From Dehalococcoidia bacterium (lineage in GTDB: Bacteria > Chloroflexota > Dehalococcoidia > UBA2979): DNA of 64,000 nucleotides. Position numbers and translations under genes: made by a program. The stretch covers positions 2,496,001 through 2,560,000 of the forward strand of contig OZ244720.1 of NCBI GenBank assembly GCA_965219085.1, in the 5' to 3' direction. Within the stretch, counting starts at the first letter, position 1; every line of letters begins with the position of its first letter. Shown piece after piece: positions 40,828-49,717 of this stretch. The notes under the pieces were generated by a model. The model searched no databases and was not told the origin of the DNA. It worked only from the letters and a program-made list of their open reading frames with translations.

Positions 40828-42117
40828 TGCTCGCGCGGGGCATTCAACAGGGAGCCGTAGTCAGACGCCCCCCAGCAGACCACCGAACCGGACTCATGGA
40901 TCGCGCATGTGAACTGTGAGCCCGCACTCACCGCGCTGTACCGTCCCGGCGGTGCCTGGGCCTCGCCGACGTCGTCTGCGCCCCAGCAGGCGATCTCGCC
41001 CGACTCGCGTACTGCGCACGCATGCGACTCGCCTGCGCCGACCGAGCGGAACGTCCCGCCGGGGGCGTCCAGCTCGCCCTTCCTGCGGCCTCCCCAGCAA
41101 ACCAGCTCCGCCGACTCGCGAATCGCGCACGTGAACCCATCGCCCGCGCTGACCAAGCGGTACTTACCGGGGGTGCGGTCGCCTCACCCCTGTCGTTCCT
41201 GCCCCAGCAGTCGATCTCGCCAGACTCCCGTATTGCACAGGTGTGGCTGTAGCCAGCACTCACGGACCGGTATGTGCGCACGAACGCACGATGCGCCTCA
41301 TTCGAAGTGTCCCCCCAGCAGGAAACTGAGCCCGCCTCGCGTACCGCGCACGTGTGAGTACCCCCCGCGCTCACCGAGCGGAACTTCCCCGAAGGCGCGC
41401 TGGTCAAGCCATAATTCTCATTCCCCCAGCAGCGAACGGCGCCCGATTCGTCGTGCACGGCGCAGGCATGACCACCCCCCGCGCTGACGGACCGGTAGCT
41501 ACCCAGGGGGGTGTCCGCTTCAAGCATGTACTCGTTGTCTCCCCAGCACCTGAGCTCACTCGACGCTCTGACAGCGCATGCGAATCCGCGCCCCGCACTG
41601 AGCTGCACCGCCGGGTCCGACGGCGGAGGGCCGGACGGGGTGGCGCGAGGTTCGCGAGTGGTAACCGGTGTGCCCGAGGGTGCCTGTACGGAAGTCTGGT
41701 CCTGCGGGCCCGCGCAGCCGGCGACAACAGCCGCTGCGACTACCAGTAGAGCCGCGCCCAACACCGCCGGCCACGTCGCCATGTCGCGGATGATAGATAT
41801 ACGCTCCGATCGCCGGGATGGTTTCCCCACCGAGAGCATCGATGGTGGGGATCGGCGATATTGCAGTCGGACAGCCGCCAGCCGGGGATGGGAGAGGCCG
41901 CAGGCCACCCCGATAACGCTCGCACGCCATCCCGGAGCGTCGCGCGGGACCATCGTGGAGCCGCGCGCAGTTGCGCTTGGGGTCCAGGCCGTATCCCGAA
42001 GTCGCTGGAGGCTGGCTGGCCAAGGAAGACTGTACTGCGAACTTTCGAGCTGGCGGTGTCACTGTAGGTTCGGTGGGCCAGACTCTGCGGGGCCCGCTGC
42101 GCCCAGCCTGCGTTCGA

Positions 42118-42954
42118 CTACAGCATAAGTGTCGTGATCGCGCCGCCGGCACGGGTTCGCCGTACGCCGTTGATCATCTCTGACACCGCGACGGGGCAGA
42201 GCCTCGCCGGTCCTTGGCGTTGGGGCGGAGGTGGCACCGCGCGGACGTCGGCAGCGCAGCAGTCCTTGAAGCGGCGACCGCTCTCGCACGGGCAAGCCTC
42301 GCGTGGCCTCACCTTGAGTCGCTGCATCGCCCGCATCTCGTTCACGTACTCCCTCATGCCGGCCCGGCCGTGACTGTATTCTCCCCAGAGTTCGGCTCTC
42401 GCAGCCTGCAATCCGAATGCGTCGACGAACGACAAGCGATAGAAGAAGGGAATGACCAAGTCGTGAATGAACCGGTCGATTCGCAGGTGGGCGTCCAGAG
42501 CAAGCCTAATGCTCAGGCAGCACGTCTCGTCCTCGTAGAAATGCAGATCGGCGAGAGTAGCGCCTTCCTTGCGAGCGATTGCGGCGCGCCGCCCCCCGAT
42601 CTCCCTGACGCTCGGCCAAGGGGGGGAGTTGCCTGATTCGGGCTCAGGGTATTCGAAGGGGTTCAGGTCTGCGGCTGGCGGCCACTGTATCTGGAACGGA
42701 TCAGGGAAAGAGGGCGCTGGTGTTTGGGGCAGCAAGCGTATCTCGACATCAAACACGTCGGCGATGCAGATTCGGGACGATCCGTTTCCGTCCCCACCTC
42801 CCGACATGTCGCAGTCGACGATCAAGTCTCCGTCCGCCTTGTCGTAGCACGCTTGGAAATCCAGCGCCCCGACAATCGTCATGGAGCTAGCGTCGAAGGT
42901 GAGGTTGGGGTAGTGGTCGCGGAGCCAGGCGACGTCGGCCTTTGACATCTTCAT
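42118..42954 (-). CDS. prokaryotic E2-like protein with C-terminal SEC-C Zn motif
   Basis: WPSVREIGGR...DLHFYEDETCCL, PFFY, WGEYSHG..G, CPCESGRRFKDCC. Confidence 0.7.
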   Translation of the reverse strand: MKMSKADVAWLRDHYPNLTFDASSMTIVGALDFQACYDKADGDLIVDCDMSGGGDGNGSSRICIADVFDVEIRLLPQTPAPSFPDPFQIQWPPAADLNPFEYPEPESGNSPPWPSVREIGGRRAAIARKEGATLADLHFYEDETCCLSIRLALDAHLRIDRFIHDLVIPFFYRLSFVDAFGLQAARAELWGEYSHGRAGMREYVNEMRAMQRLKVRPREACPCESGRRFKDCCAADVRAVPPPPQRQGPARLCPVAVSEMINGVRRTRAGGAITTLML

Positions 42955-44081
42955 CTAGCGTACGGCTTTCTCGGCTTGACCACCGTGGGCGCCGACACCT
43001 CAGTGCGGCTAGGTTCACCCCCCGTCCATAGCCTGACTCCGAGGCGATCAACGACTACTACGACCGGCTTTGGCGACTGGCGTGTGGGATGTTGCATCGT
43101 CACCACGAACTTGCCACGATGTTTAGCGCTGACCGCCCCATAATACGCCGCCGCCTGGCGGTGGGGTGGCTGGTCGGTGTCACTGTCCGGGATCGGGTCG
43201 CTCGTAGCGACGGCGATGCTGCGCGTTGCTCCCTGCTGCTCGAACAGCCAAGCCACCTCCGGAACAGGCTCGGTTACGCGCTTCCCCTTCTTGGGCCCGA
43301 GCGAGAGGTACGAGCAGTGGTGCGGGAGTTTGAACACGTCCCATTCGAGGCGGTGCTCGTTGCCGTGCATCCTCGTCACCGTCACGACGCGAGTCCAAAT
43401 CTCGTGGGGGACGTCGCTGCCGAGCATCAACCTCGAGTCGCGCCCGGCCTCGGTGAACGTGGACTGCAGCACGATGGACTCGGAGTTTCGGTCGACGAGC
43501 TTCCCGTCCTCGCGGTCTGCGAAGGGCGAGTGCGCGAAGAACTCGACGTGGTGCACATCCTTCTTGAAGCTGGGGACGAGCTGTCCAGCGTCGGTGATCA
43601 GGTGCGCGCGCGACTCGATCGTGAGCTTGTGCTCGTCGAGCCACTCCTTGAGCGCCTCCGGCCGGGAGAAGACCCGTACCCCCGCGCCCCGTTCCAAGCG
43701 ATAGCGCGCCTCGGCTTGGACAACGCGCCCCTCGTCACTCAGGGCACCCTTGCTCTCCGTGATAGCCGCGGCGGGCACCCACAGGTCCGAGATCTTTATC
43801 CGGCCGCGTCCCTGGTACTTCTGGGCGTGCTCGAGAACGAAGAAGTCCGATACGCCCTGGATGTGATCTTGATCCAAGTGCGTGAGGGCCAGCACGTCCA
43901 CATGGTCGCGGCCCAGCTCGTCCAGCCGCTTGCGGATCGCCCGAGGGAGATCGATTCGGCGATCGTTCGGATCGTCTGCGTCGGCCATGGCCGCGTAGTC
44001 GAACAGCAGAACCGCCCCTGCGGACGTCTCAACGAGGCACGTGTCGGCGTTGCCCAGCGGGAAGAATGTGAGCTTGTGCAT
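42951..44081 (-). CDS. ComEC/Rec2-type metallo-beta-lactamase-fold hydrolase
   Basis: FFPLGNAD, THLDQDH, LGSD, KLPHHCS, QPPH; ATG at 44081. Confidence 0.88.
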   Translation of the reverse strand: MHKLTFFPLGNADTCLVETSAGAVLLFDYAAMADADDPNDRRIDLPRAIRKRLDELGRDHVDVLALTHLDQDHIQGVSDFFVLEHAQKYQGRGRIKISDLWVPAAAITESKGALSDEGRVVQAEARYRLERGAGVRVFSRPEALKEWLDEHKLTIESRAHLITDAGQLVPSFKKDVHHVEFFAHSPFADREDGKLVDRNSESIVLQSTFTEAGRDSRLMLGSDVPHEIWTRVVTVTRMHGNEHRLEWDVFKLPHHCSYLSLGPKKGKRVTEPVPEVAWLFEQQGATRSIAVATSDPIPDSDTDQPPHRQAAAYYGAVSAKHRGKFVVTMQHPTRQSPKPVVVVVDRLGVRLWTGGEPSRTEVSAPTVVKPRKPYAR

Positions 44082-44171
44082 GAGGGGATCTCCTCTGGTC
44101 CCGGCTGGCCATGGGTCGCCGTCGAGGCACCCATGAGCCATGCTTTAGGTGAACATGTACAAGACCACGCG

Positions 44172-44190
44172 TTACAGCGGTAGACTGTAA
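44172..44190. promoter_or_regulatory. palindromic operator in the divergent promoter region
   Basis: TTACAG-N7-CTGTAA in a relatively AT-rich spacer between the MBL gene and the higB-like gene. Confidence 0.55.
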
Positions 44191-44234
44191 ATCCTGAACG
44201 CTAGTAGTATCAGCTATGAGGGTGAGAGACGCAA

Positions 44235-44525
44235 GTGGACATTCGCTTCGCCGACGAGAATCTCGCGCGGTGTTTCCGGGAGGAGATGCACGCCACCGCG
44301 TGCTGGGGGCTGGATGTGGCGCAGCAGTACGTCCACGTGGTGAACTTCCTCACCTGCATCGAAGGGGCGGGGGACGTGAGCAAGTTCGCGTTCCTGCGGG
44401 CCGAGACCCGGAATCACTCCGGGCCGACGCGCTGGATCGTTCCGCTGGCTGATGGCTGGCATGTTGCTCTCGACGTCGCAGAGGGTGGGCGGGCCCTTAT
44501 CGTTGCAGAGGTGGTGACACAGTGA
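44235..44525 (+). CDS. HigB/RelE-like protein, divergent
   Basis: MDIRFADENL N-terminus, 96 aa, GTGA overlap with the higA-like gene. Confidence 0.6.
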   Translation: MDIRFADENLARCFREEMHATACWGLDVAQQYVHVVNFLTCIEGAGDVSKFAFLRAETRNHSGPTRWIVPLADGWHVALDVAEGGRALIVAEVVTQ

Positions 44526-45619
44526 CCGATTCCACGGAAGCAAGCTCGATCGGCCGAGCCATCGCGCCAGGAACCTACTTGCGCGAGGAACTAGCCGAGC
44601 GCCATATGAGCCAGACCGAGCTCGCACGCCGGATGGGACGGCCCATTCAGGCAATAAACGCGGTCGTGAACGGCAAGAAGGCGCTCACCGAGGTGACGGC
44701 TCTCGAGTTGGAACGAGTCTTGGGCACGCCGGCGCAGGTCTGGGTGAATCTCGAGGCACGGTACCGGCTGGCGCTCGCCCGCGCCTTTGAGGATTCGTCG
44801 CTACGGGACGAGTTGGATTGGTTGAACTACTTTCCGTTGGGCCAGATGGAGCGCCGCGGCTGGATTCCGGCTGCTACGCAGCCACTAGATCGATTGCGGG
44901 CCCTCTTGGAGTTCTTCGGCGTCGCGTCCTTCTCGAATTGGGACGCTGAGCAGCAAGAGGCTCTAGGTTTCCGTGTTACCGGGAACGCGGCAATCGATAC
45001 AGGGGCACTTGCGGCTTGGGTACGCAGAGGTGAAGCGAACGGCATCGCTCTCGAGACGGAAGACTACGACGAAGCGCGCTTCCGCGAGGCGATCGCCGAA
45101 GCACGTGCCCTCACGATGCGCCCGCCGCGTGAGGCTTGGACAGAGCTGAAGGAGATGTGCGCACGAGCGGGCGTAGCAGCGGTAGTTGTGCGTGAGTTCC
45201 CCAAGATCGGTGCCAATGGCGTCGCTCGGTGGATCAACCCACGGAAGGCCCTGATTCAACTGAACCTTCGTTACCGGTGGGCGGACATCTTCTGGTTTAC
45301 GTTCTTCCATGAAGCGGCCCACGTGCTGATGCACGAACCCCGGCGCGTCTTCGTCGAACTGGAGGGCAACCCTCGGAGAAGTCCGCGGGAGGAGGAGGCG
45401 AATCGCCTCGCGGAGGAGTTCCTGATCCCGGTGGACGATTGGGAAGAGTTCGTGCTCCGGTCGAGGTTCGATGCTCTGAGCATCAGGGCCGTCGCCTCGG
45501 ACCTTGGTATCGATCCAGGGATCGTGGTGGGCCGCCTTCAGCACAGGGGCTTGGTTCCATGGGGCTCGAAGCTCAATTCGCTTCGGAGCCGCCTGGAGTG
45601 GGCCGAGGCGGATGCCTGA
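44522..45619 (+). CDS. HigA-type XRE HTH fused to an ImmA/IrrE metallopeptidase
   Basis: PGTYLREEL..MSQTELARRMG, W.NLE..Y, FWFTFFHEAAH, EEEANR, GIVVGRLQH. Confidence 0.92.
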   Translation: MTDSTEASSIGRAIAPGTYLREELAERHMSQTELARRMGRPIQAINAVVNGKKALTEVTALELERVLGTPAQVWVNLEARYRLALARAFEDSSLRDELDWLNYFPLGQMERRGWIPAATQPLDRLRALLEFFGVASFSNWDAEQQEALGFRVTGNAAIDTGALAAWVRRGEANGIALETEDYDEARFREAIAEARALTMRPPREAWTELKEMCARAGVAAVVVREFPKIGANGVARWINPRKALIQLNLRYRWADIFWFTFFHEAAHVLMHEPRRVFVELEGNPRRSPREEEANRLAEEFLIPVDDWEEFVLRSRFDALSIRAVASDLGIDPGIVVGRLQHRGLVPWGSKLNSLRSRLEWAEADA

Positions 45620-45738
45620 TCTTTTGAAGCTCGGAACGCGAGTTCGGCGATCTTCATGTGACCAGACACCTGCGCCGAGCCCTTTGCTGTTCCGATAACG
45701 GCTGGAGGGCTCCCGTTCGCTGCTGGTCACCGAGGGTG

Positions 45739-46215
45739 TCAGGATTCATCTCCATCGCCGAAGAGGGCTGCGACTCTTCGGTCAAGCCAGGCGAGCACTC
45801 GCGTCAAGCTGAAGCCTGCGGCAAACGCAATTGCAACGAAGGGCAAGGCTGATTGCTCGTCCATCGGGCCCGGAACCCGCACAGGACTCAGTGCTACGCG
45901 TGCGGCTACGTACCCGATTAGCCCCAAGACGCTGCCTGCGATCGGGCGGAGCACGTACCACCATGTCCATGAGGGATCATATGTGAATCGTGGGCTGTCG
46001 GCCCGCTGTGGTCCTACGGACCAATAGAAGCCTCGAAGGGCGTACAACGTGGCGCCAAGCCCACCAGCCGCCGCGCAGTGGAACCAGACGCTCACCGCTG
46101 TTTCGAGGGGGGCTTGTGCTGGCCACCACCCGAGGGCGACAGCTCCCGCTATGTAGAGGTAGCCGGCGATCGCGACGGTAAACCAAGCGCCTGTCGCCAC
46201 CTTCAGCCAGAACAT
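45739..46215 (-). CDS. four-TM membrane protein of unknown function
   Basis: AGGLG, WYVLRPIAGSVLG, AFAAGFS. Confidence 0.7.
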   Translation of the reverse strand: MFWLKVATGAWFTVAIAGYLYIAGAVALGWWPAQAPLETAVSVWFHCAAAGGLGATLYALRGFYWSVGPQRADSPRFTYDPSWTWWYVLRPIAGSVLGLIGYVAARVALSPVRVPGPMDEQSALPFVAIAFAAGFSLTRVLAWLDRRVAALFGDGDES

Positions 46216-47078
46216 CGGGACCCCTCAAAGGCTCGTGTGTAAGGACTCAACTGGCGAGGTCGACTCTAGCGTCTCACGCACTCGGCTCGCCTGCCGATCC
46301 CGCGACTGCGTCGTACACCTCGCGGGCGGGCACCTCCGAGGCTGTCATCCGGAGTCCGCGTCGCCGAGGAACCGCGTGACGATGGCGTCATTCTCCCCTA
46401 TTGCCTGCCGACTGGTGGGGCCGTGTCCTTGTCGGCGTCGCCCGCGCCGACCTCGGTCGTGGTGGTGACGAAGGCTGACCCCTCCTCGTCAGCTTTGAGC
46501 CACCAGACTGGACAGAATCGAGAACCTCCATCCTGACATTCCGGCTGGCGATGTAGCCTGCTGTAGGCATCGTCCACCCATTGGAGCCCGACACCGACTA
46601 GCAACGGCACAAGCTCAGGCGGTCGGACGTCTGCCGTTCGTTCATGCCTAGCGGCTGTTACATGCGTTCGAGCTCGTCGAGGATGTCCTGAATCACGTCC
46701 GCCGCCTCGAGCGCTTCTCGTACTTGGGCTTGTGCCAGTGCGGCCCAGAATGTGGCTGCCCACTGCTCGTAGAGATGCTCGAAGTCGTAGATGCCGTCGA
46801 CGTGGACGGACTCGATGGTGGTGCCGAACGAGTCCGTCACGCTCACAGCGATCGCAGGCCCGCCTCGAGCGCCGGGCCCCAGGACGAGCGCCACGAGAGC
46901 GTCTCGAAACTCGGCGAACAGAGGTGACTTTGGGTAGCTCGGGTAGCCGCCCGGACCAGGATCCTCCACCGTCTCCGACGCCTCACCAGGATTCGCTCAC
47001 TGACCTGACCCCTTGAAACGGGACCACCGTTGATGAGAGTCCTTTGGCCCATGAAAGTGGGCAGAGGAGGACATCACG

Positions 47079-47357
47079 GTGAAACGACGCAGGCACACGC
47101 CCGAGCAGATCGTGCGGAAGCTGCGGGAGGTGGAGCGGCTGCTCGGTGAGGGGCAGACGATCGCCGAGGCGGCGAAGCAGGTCGAGATCTCGGAGCAGAC
47201 CTACCACCGCTGGCGCAACCAGTACGGCGGGATGAAGGCCGACGACGCCAAACGGCTGCGCGAGCTGGAGCGCGAGAACGCCCGGCTGAAGCGGATCGTC
47301 GCCGACAAGGAACTCGAGATCGACGCGCTCAAGGAGATCGCCCGGGGAAACTGGTAA
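47079..47357 (+). CDS. IS3 transposase OrfA
   Basis: HTPEQIVRKL, TYHRWRNQYGG, LERENARLK; slippery GGGGAAAC at 47344-47351. Confidence 0.93.
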   Translation: MKRRRHTPEQIVRKLREVERLLGEGQTIAEAAKQVEISEQTYHRWRNQYGGMKADDAKRLRELERENARLKRIVADKELEIDALKEIARGNW

Positions 47358-47386
47358 GCCCGTCGCGCCGGCGCGAGGCAGTCTGC

Positions 47387-48211
47387 ATGTTGCAGGACCG
47401 CCTCGAGTTGTCGGAACGGCGGGCATGCCGGGTCACCGGCCAGCACCGCTCCACACAGCGCCGCCTCCCGACGCGCGGCCGCGGCGACGACGCGCTGCGC
47501 GCGGAACTCCACGCCTTCTCGCGTGGCCACCCCCGCTGGGGCTACCGCCGGGCCTGGGCGACCTTACGCGAGGAGGGATGGGGCGTGAATCGCAAGCGGG
47601 TGCAACGGCTCTGGCGTGAAGAAGGGCTGCGCGTCCCGGTGAAATGGCGCAAGCGTCAGCGCCTGGGGGACTCGGCGGTGCCCGCCGCCAGGCTGCGCGC
47701 TGAGCGGCCGAACCACGTCTGGGCGCTGGACTTCCAGTTCGACCAGACCGCGGACGGGCGGGTCCTGAAGCTGCTCAACATCGTCGACGAGCACACACGG
47801 GAGGCGCTGGCGATCGTGGCCGCCAGGAGCATCAACGCCGACGCCACGGCCTCAACGCTCGACGGGATCGTCGCCCGGCGCGGGACGGCGCCTGGGTACA
47901 TCCGTTGCGACAATGGGCCCGAGCTCACGGCCAACGCGCTGCGCGACTGGTGCCGGTTCAGCGGTACGGGCAGCAGCTACATCGAGCCCGGTGCGCCGTG
48001 GGAGAACCCGTACGTGGAGTCGTTCAACGGCCGGCTGCGCGACGAGTTCCTGCCGGTCGAGCAGTTCGACAGCCTGCTCGAGGCGCAGGTGCTGCTCGAG
48101 GACTGGCGGATCGAGTACAACACGAAGCGCCCGCATAGCAGCCTGGGCTGGCTCGCCCCGGCTGCCTACGCCGAGCGCTGGGAGACTCAGCTACACGCTG
48201 GACTCTCATAA
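47387..48211 (+). CDS. IS3 transposase OrfB (DDE domain), probably reached by -1 frameshift
   Basis: WGYRR, WALDF, CDNGPE, ESFNGRLRDE, RPHSSLG. Confidence 0.93.
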   Translation: MLQDRLELSERRACRVTGQHRSTQRRLPTRGRGDDALRAELHAFSRGHPRWGYRRAWATLREEGWGVNRKRVQRLWREEGLRVPVKWRKRQRLGDSAVPAARLRAERPNHVWALDFQFDQTADGRVLKLLNIVDEHTREALAIVAARSINADATASTLDGIVARRGTAPGYIRCDNGPELTANALRDWCRFSGTGSSYIEPGAPWENPYVESFNGRLRDEFLPVEQFDSLLEAQVLLEDWRIEYNTKRPHSSLGWLAPAAYAERWETQLHAGLS

Positions 48212-48455
48212 GCGGTGGACTCGCGAAGGGGGTCCGGTCACCACCACTCGACACGGCCTTCCCTTGTTCGGTCGTCCAACGCCTCCATCAGACGCTTGAT
48301 CGCGGTCGGTACCGGGGGAATCTCGGGGAGAGGGATGACAGGGGGTTCGTCAACCATTCCTAACTCCTGAACGCCTTCTATGACGACATTCACTGAAACC
48401 TGCAGCTGCCTGATCTCGCGAAGGACGACCTGCCCTGCGGGCAGACGCACACTAA

Positions 48456-49631
48456 GGATGGTCTGAACAACTCGCCTGAGCGGGTGAGCAGATGCGATCA
48501 TGGGGCGACCCGGAGAGGGGCGCCCCATGCAGCAGCGTTCGTTCGGCAGCGTCGAGTACGAGCACAAGAAGGTCAAGACGAGGCGGCAGACGTTCCTCGA
48601 GCGCATGGACAGGCTCGTCCCCTGGGCTGAGCTGGAGCAGCGCATCGCGCCCGTCTACCCGAAGCGCGGCCGCGGACGCCGCCCCTACGCGCTGCGCGTG
48701 ATGCTGCGCATCCACTGCCTGCAGCTCTGGTTCAACCTCAGCGACCCCGGCATGGAGCAGGAACTCTACGACTCCCGTTCGATGCTCGAGTTCGCCGGTC
48801 TCAGCCTCTCCGAGCCGATTCCCGATGAGACGACGATCCTCAACTTCCGCCACCTGCTGGAGCGCCATCAGCTGGGAACGGAGCTGTTCGCGACGATCAA
48901 CGCGCACCTGGCACGGCAGGGTCTGCAGGTGCGCGAGGGCACGATCGTGGACTCCACGATCATCAGCGCGCCGTCATCGACGAAGAACCGCGAGCGTGCG
49001 CGCGACCCCGAGATGCACCAGACCAGCAAGGGCCGGCAGTAGTTCTTCGGGATGAAGCTGCACACCGGCACGGATGCGCGGACGGGGCTGGTCCACAGCG
49101 TGAGCACGACGGCGGCGAACGTCTCCGACGTGACCGAGGCGCATCGCCTCTTGCACGGCGGCGAGACGGAGGCGTGGGGCGACGCCGGCTACCAGGGAGT
49201 GGAGAAGCGCCCGGAGCACGCGGGGTCGGAGGTGAGCTGGCAGGTGGCGATGCGTCCGGGTCTCAGGCGGCAGCTGGCGCCGGGGGGCGAGGAGGCGCAG
49301 GCGGAGCGGCGCAAGGCCTCGGTGCGCGCCAAGGCTGAGCATCCGTTTCTCTACGTGAAGCGGCACTTCGGGTACGCGCAGGTCCGCTACCGGGGTCTTG
49401 AGAAGAACCGCCAGCGTCTCATGCTGCTGCTCGGTTTCACGAACCTGTTGCGAGCCGAGCCTCAGCTCGCCTGATCGCGGGAGCCGTGCGTCCCGAATCG
49501 CCCGCCGGAGCGCTTCCGGAGCGACATGGAGGCGAGACCACCCATGGACCGCGGTATCGGGCCCCCACAGCGCGGCTCGGCCCGCTGATCGATACGCACC
49601 GCGCCCGACACGCCACCTGATCAGACCATCC
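48456..49631 (+). mobile_element. IS5-family insertion sequence
   Basis: Inverted repeats GGATGGTCTGAACA and GGATGGTCTGATCA (13/14); CTAA target duplication at 48452-48455 and 49632-49635. Confidence 0.95.
48527..49474 (+). pseudogene. IS5 transposase with an in-frame nonsense mutation
   Basis: PDETTILNFRHLLE, IVDST, RDPEM; TAG at 49040-49042 in KGRQ*FFGMK where Trp is expected; then GDAGYQG, YRGLEKN. Confidence 0.92.
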
Positions 49632-49717
49632 CTAAGGATACTCGGCGGAACAGCAGCGCGGGCGCGGACCGTGCCCCTGCCGGCTCCTGCCGCAGTCTGC
49701 TCAGCTCCCGAACGAAC

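Larger units (their letters stand above)
38939..41782 (-). pseudogene. RCC1-like repeat lipoprotein gene, frameshifted and interrupted by IS256
   Basis: Lipobox VAGC after ATG at 41782; 7 repeats VSAG..H.CA...G...CWG before the IS and 4 after it; frameshift at a G5 run (41169-41173). Confidence 0.85.
47001..48240 (+). mobile_element. IS3-family insertion sequence
   Basis: TG...CA ends with imperfect inverted repeats (TGACCTGACCCCTT and TGACCGGACCCCCTT); flanks TCAC/CCAC; orfA/orfB organisation. Confidence 0.93.
46658..48450 (-). pseudogene. hypothetical gene split by the IS3 element
   Basis: 5' part 48450-48241 (...DRTREGRVEWW) rejoins in frame with the 3' part (ANPGEASETVEDPG...ILDELERM) when the IS and one 4-bp flank are removed. 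Confidence 0.65.

Noticed and set aside
38939-41620. Regularly spaced repeats resembling a CRISPR array or DGR
   Set aside because: They are degenerate coding repeats (RCC1-like); no cas or reverse transcriptase gene is present
41790-42117. Possible tRNA or att site marking the island's left boundary
   Set aside because: No cloverleaf or matching direct repeat found by eye
42118-45619. Calling the MBL/E2 locus CBASS, Pycsar, Bil or canonical 6A-MBL
   Set aside because: No cyclase, E1, JAB or ubiquitin-like gene is visible; the only nucleotidyltransferase is the MNT antitoxin 12 kb away
46216-46657. Short ORFs between the four-TM gene and the IS3-split gene
   Set aside because: No recognisable motif or convincing start; possibly a gene remnant
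49040-49042. In-frame TAG as pyrrolysine or programmed readthrough
   Set aside because: It sits at a conserved Trp of IS5 transposases; a TGG-to-TAG mutation is the simpler explanation
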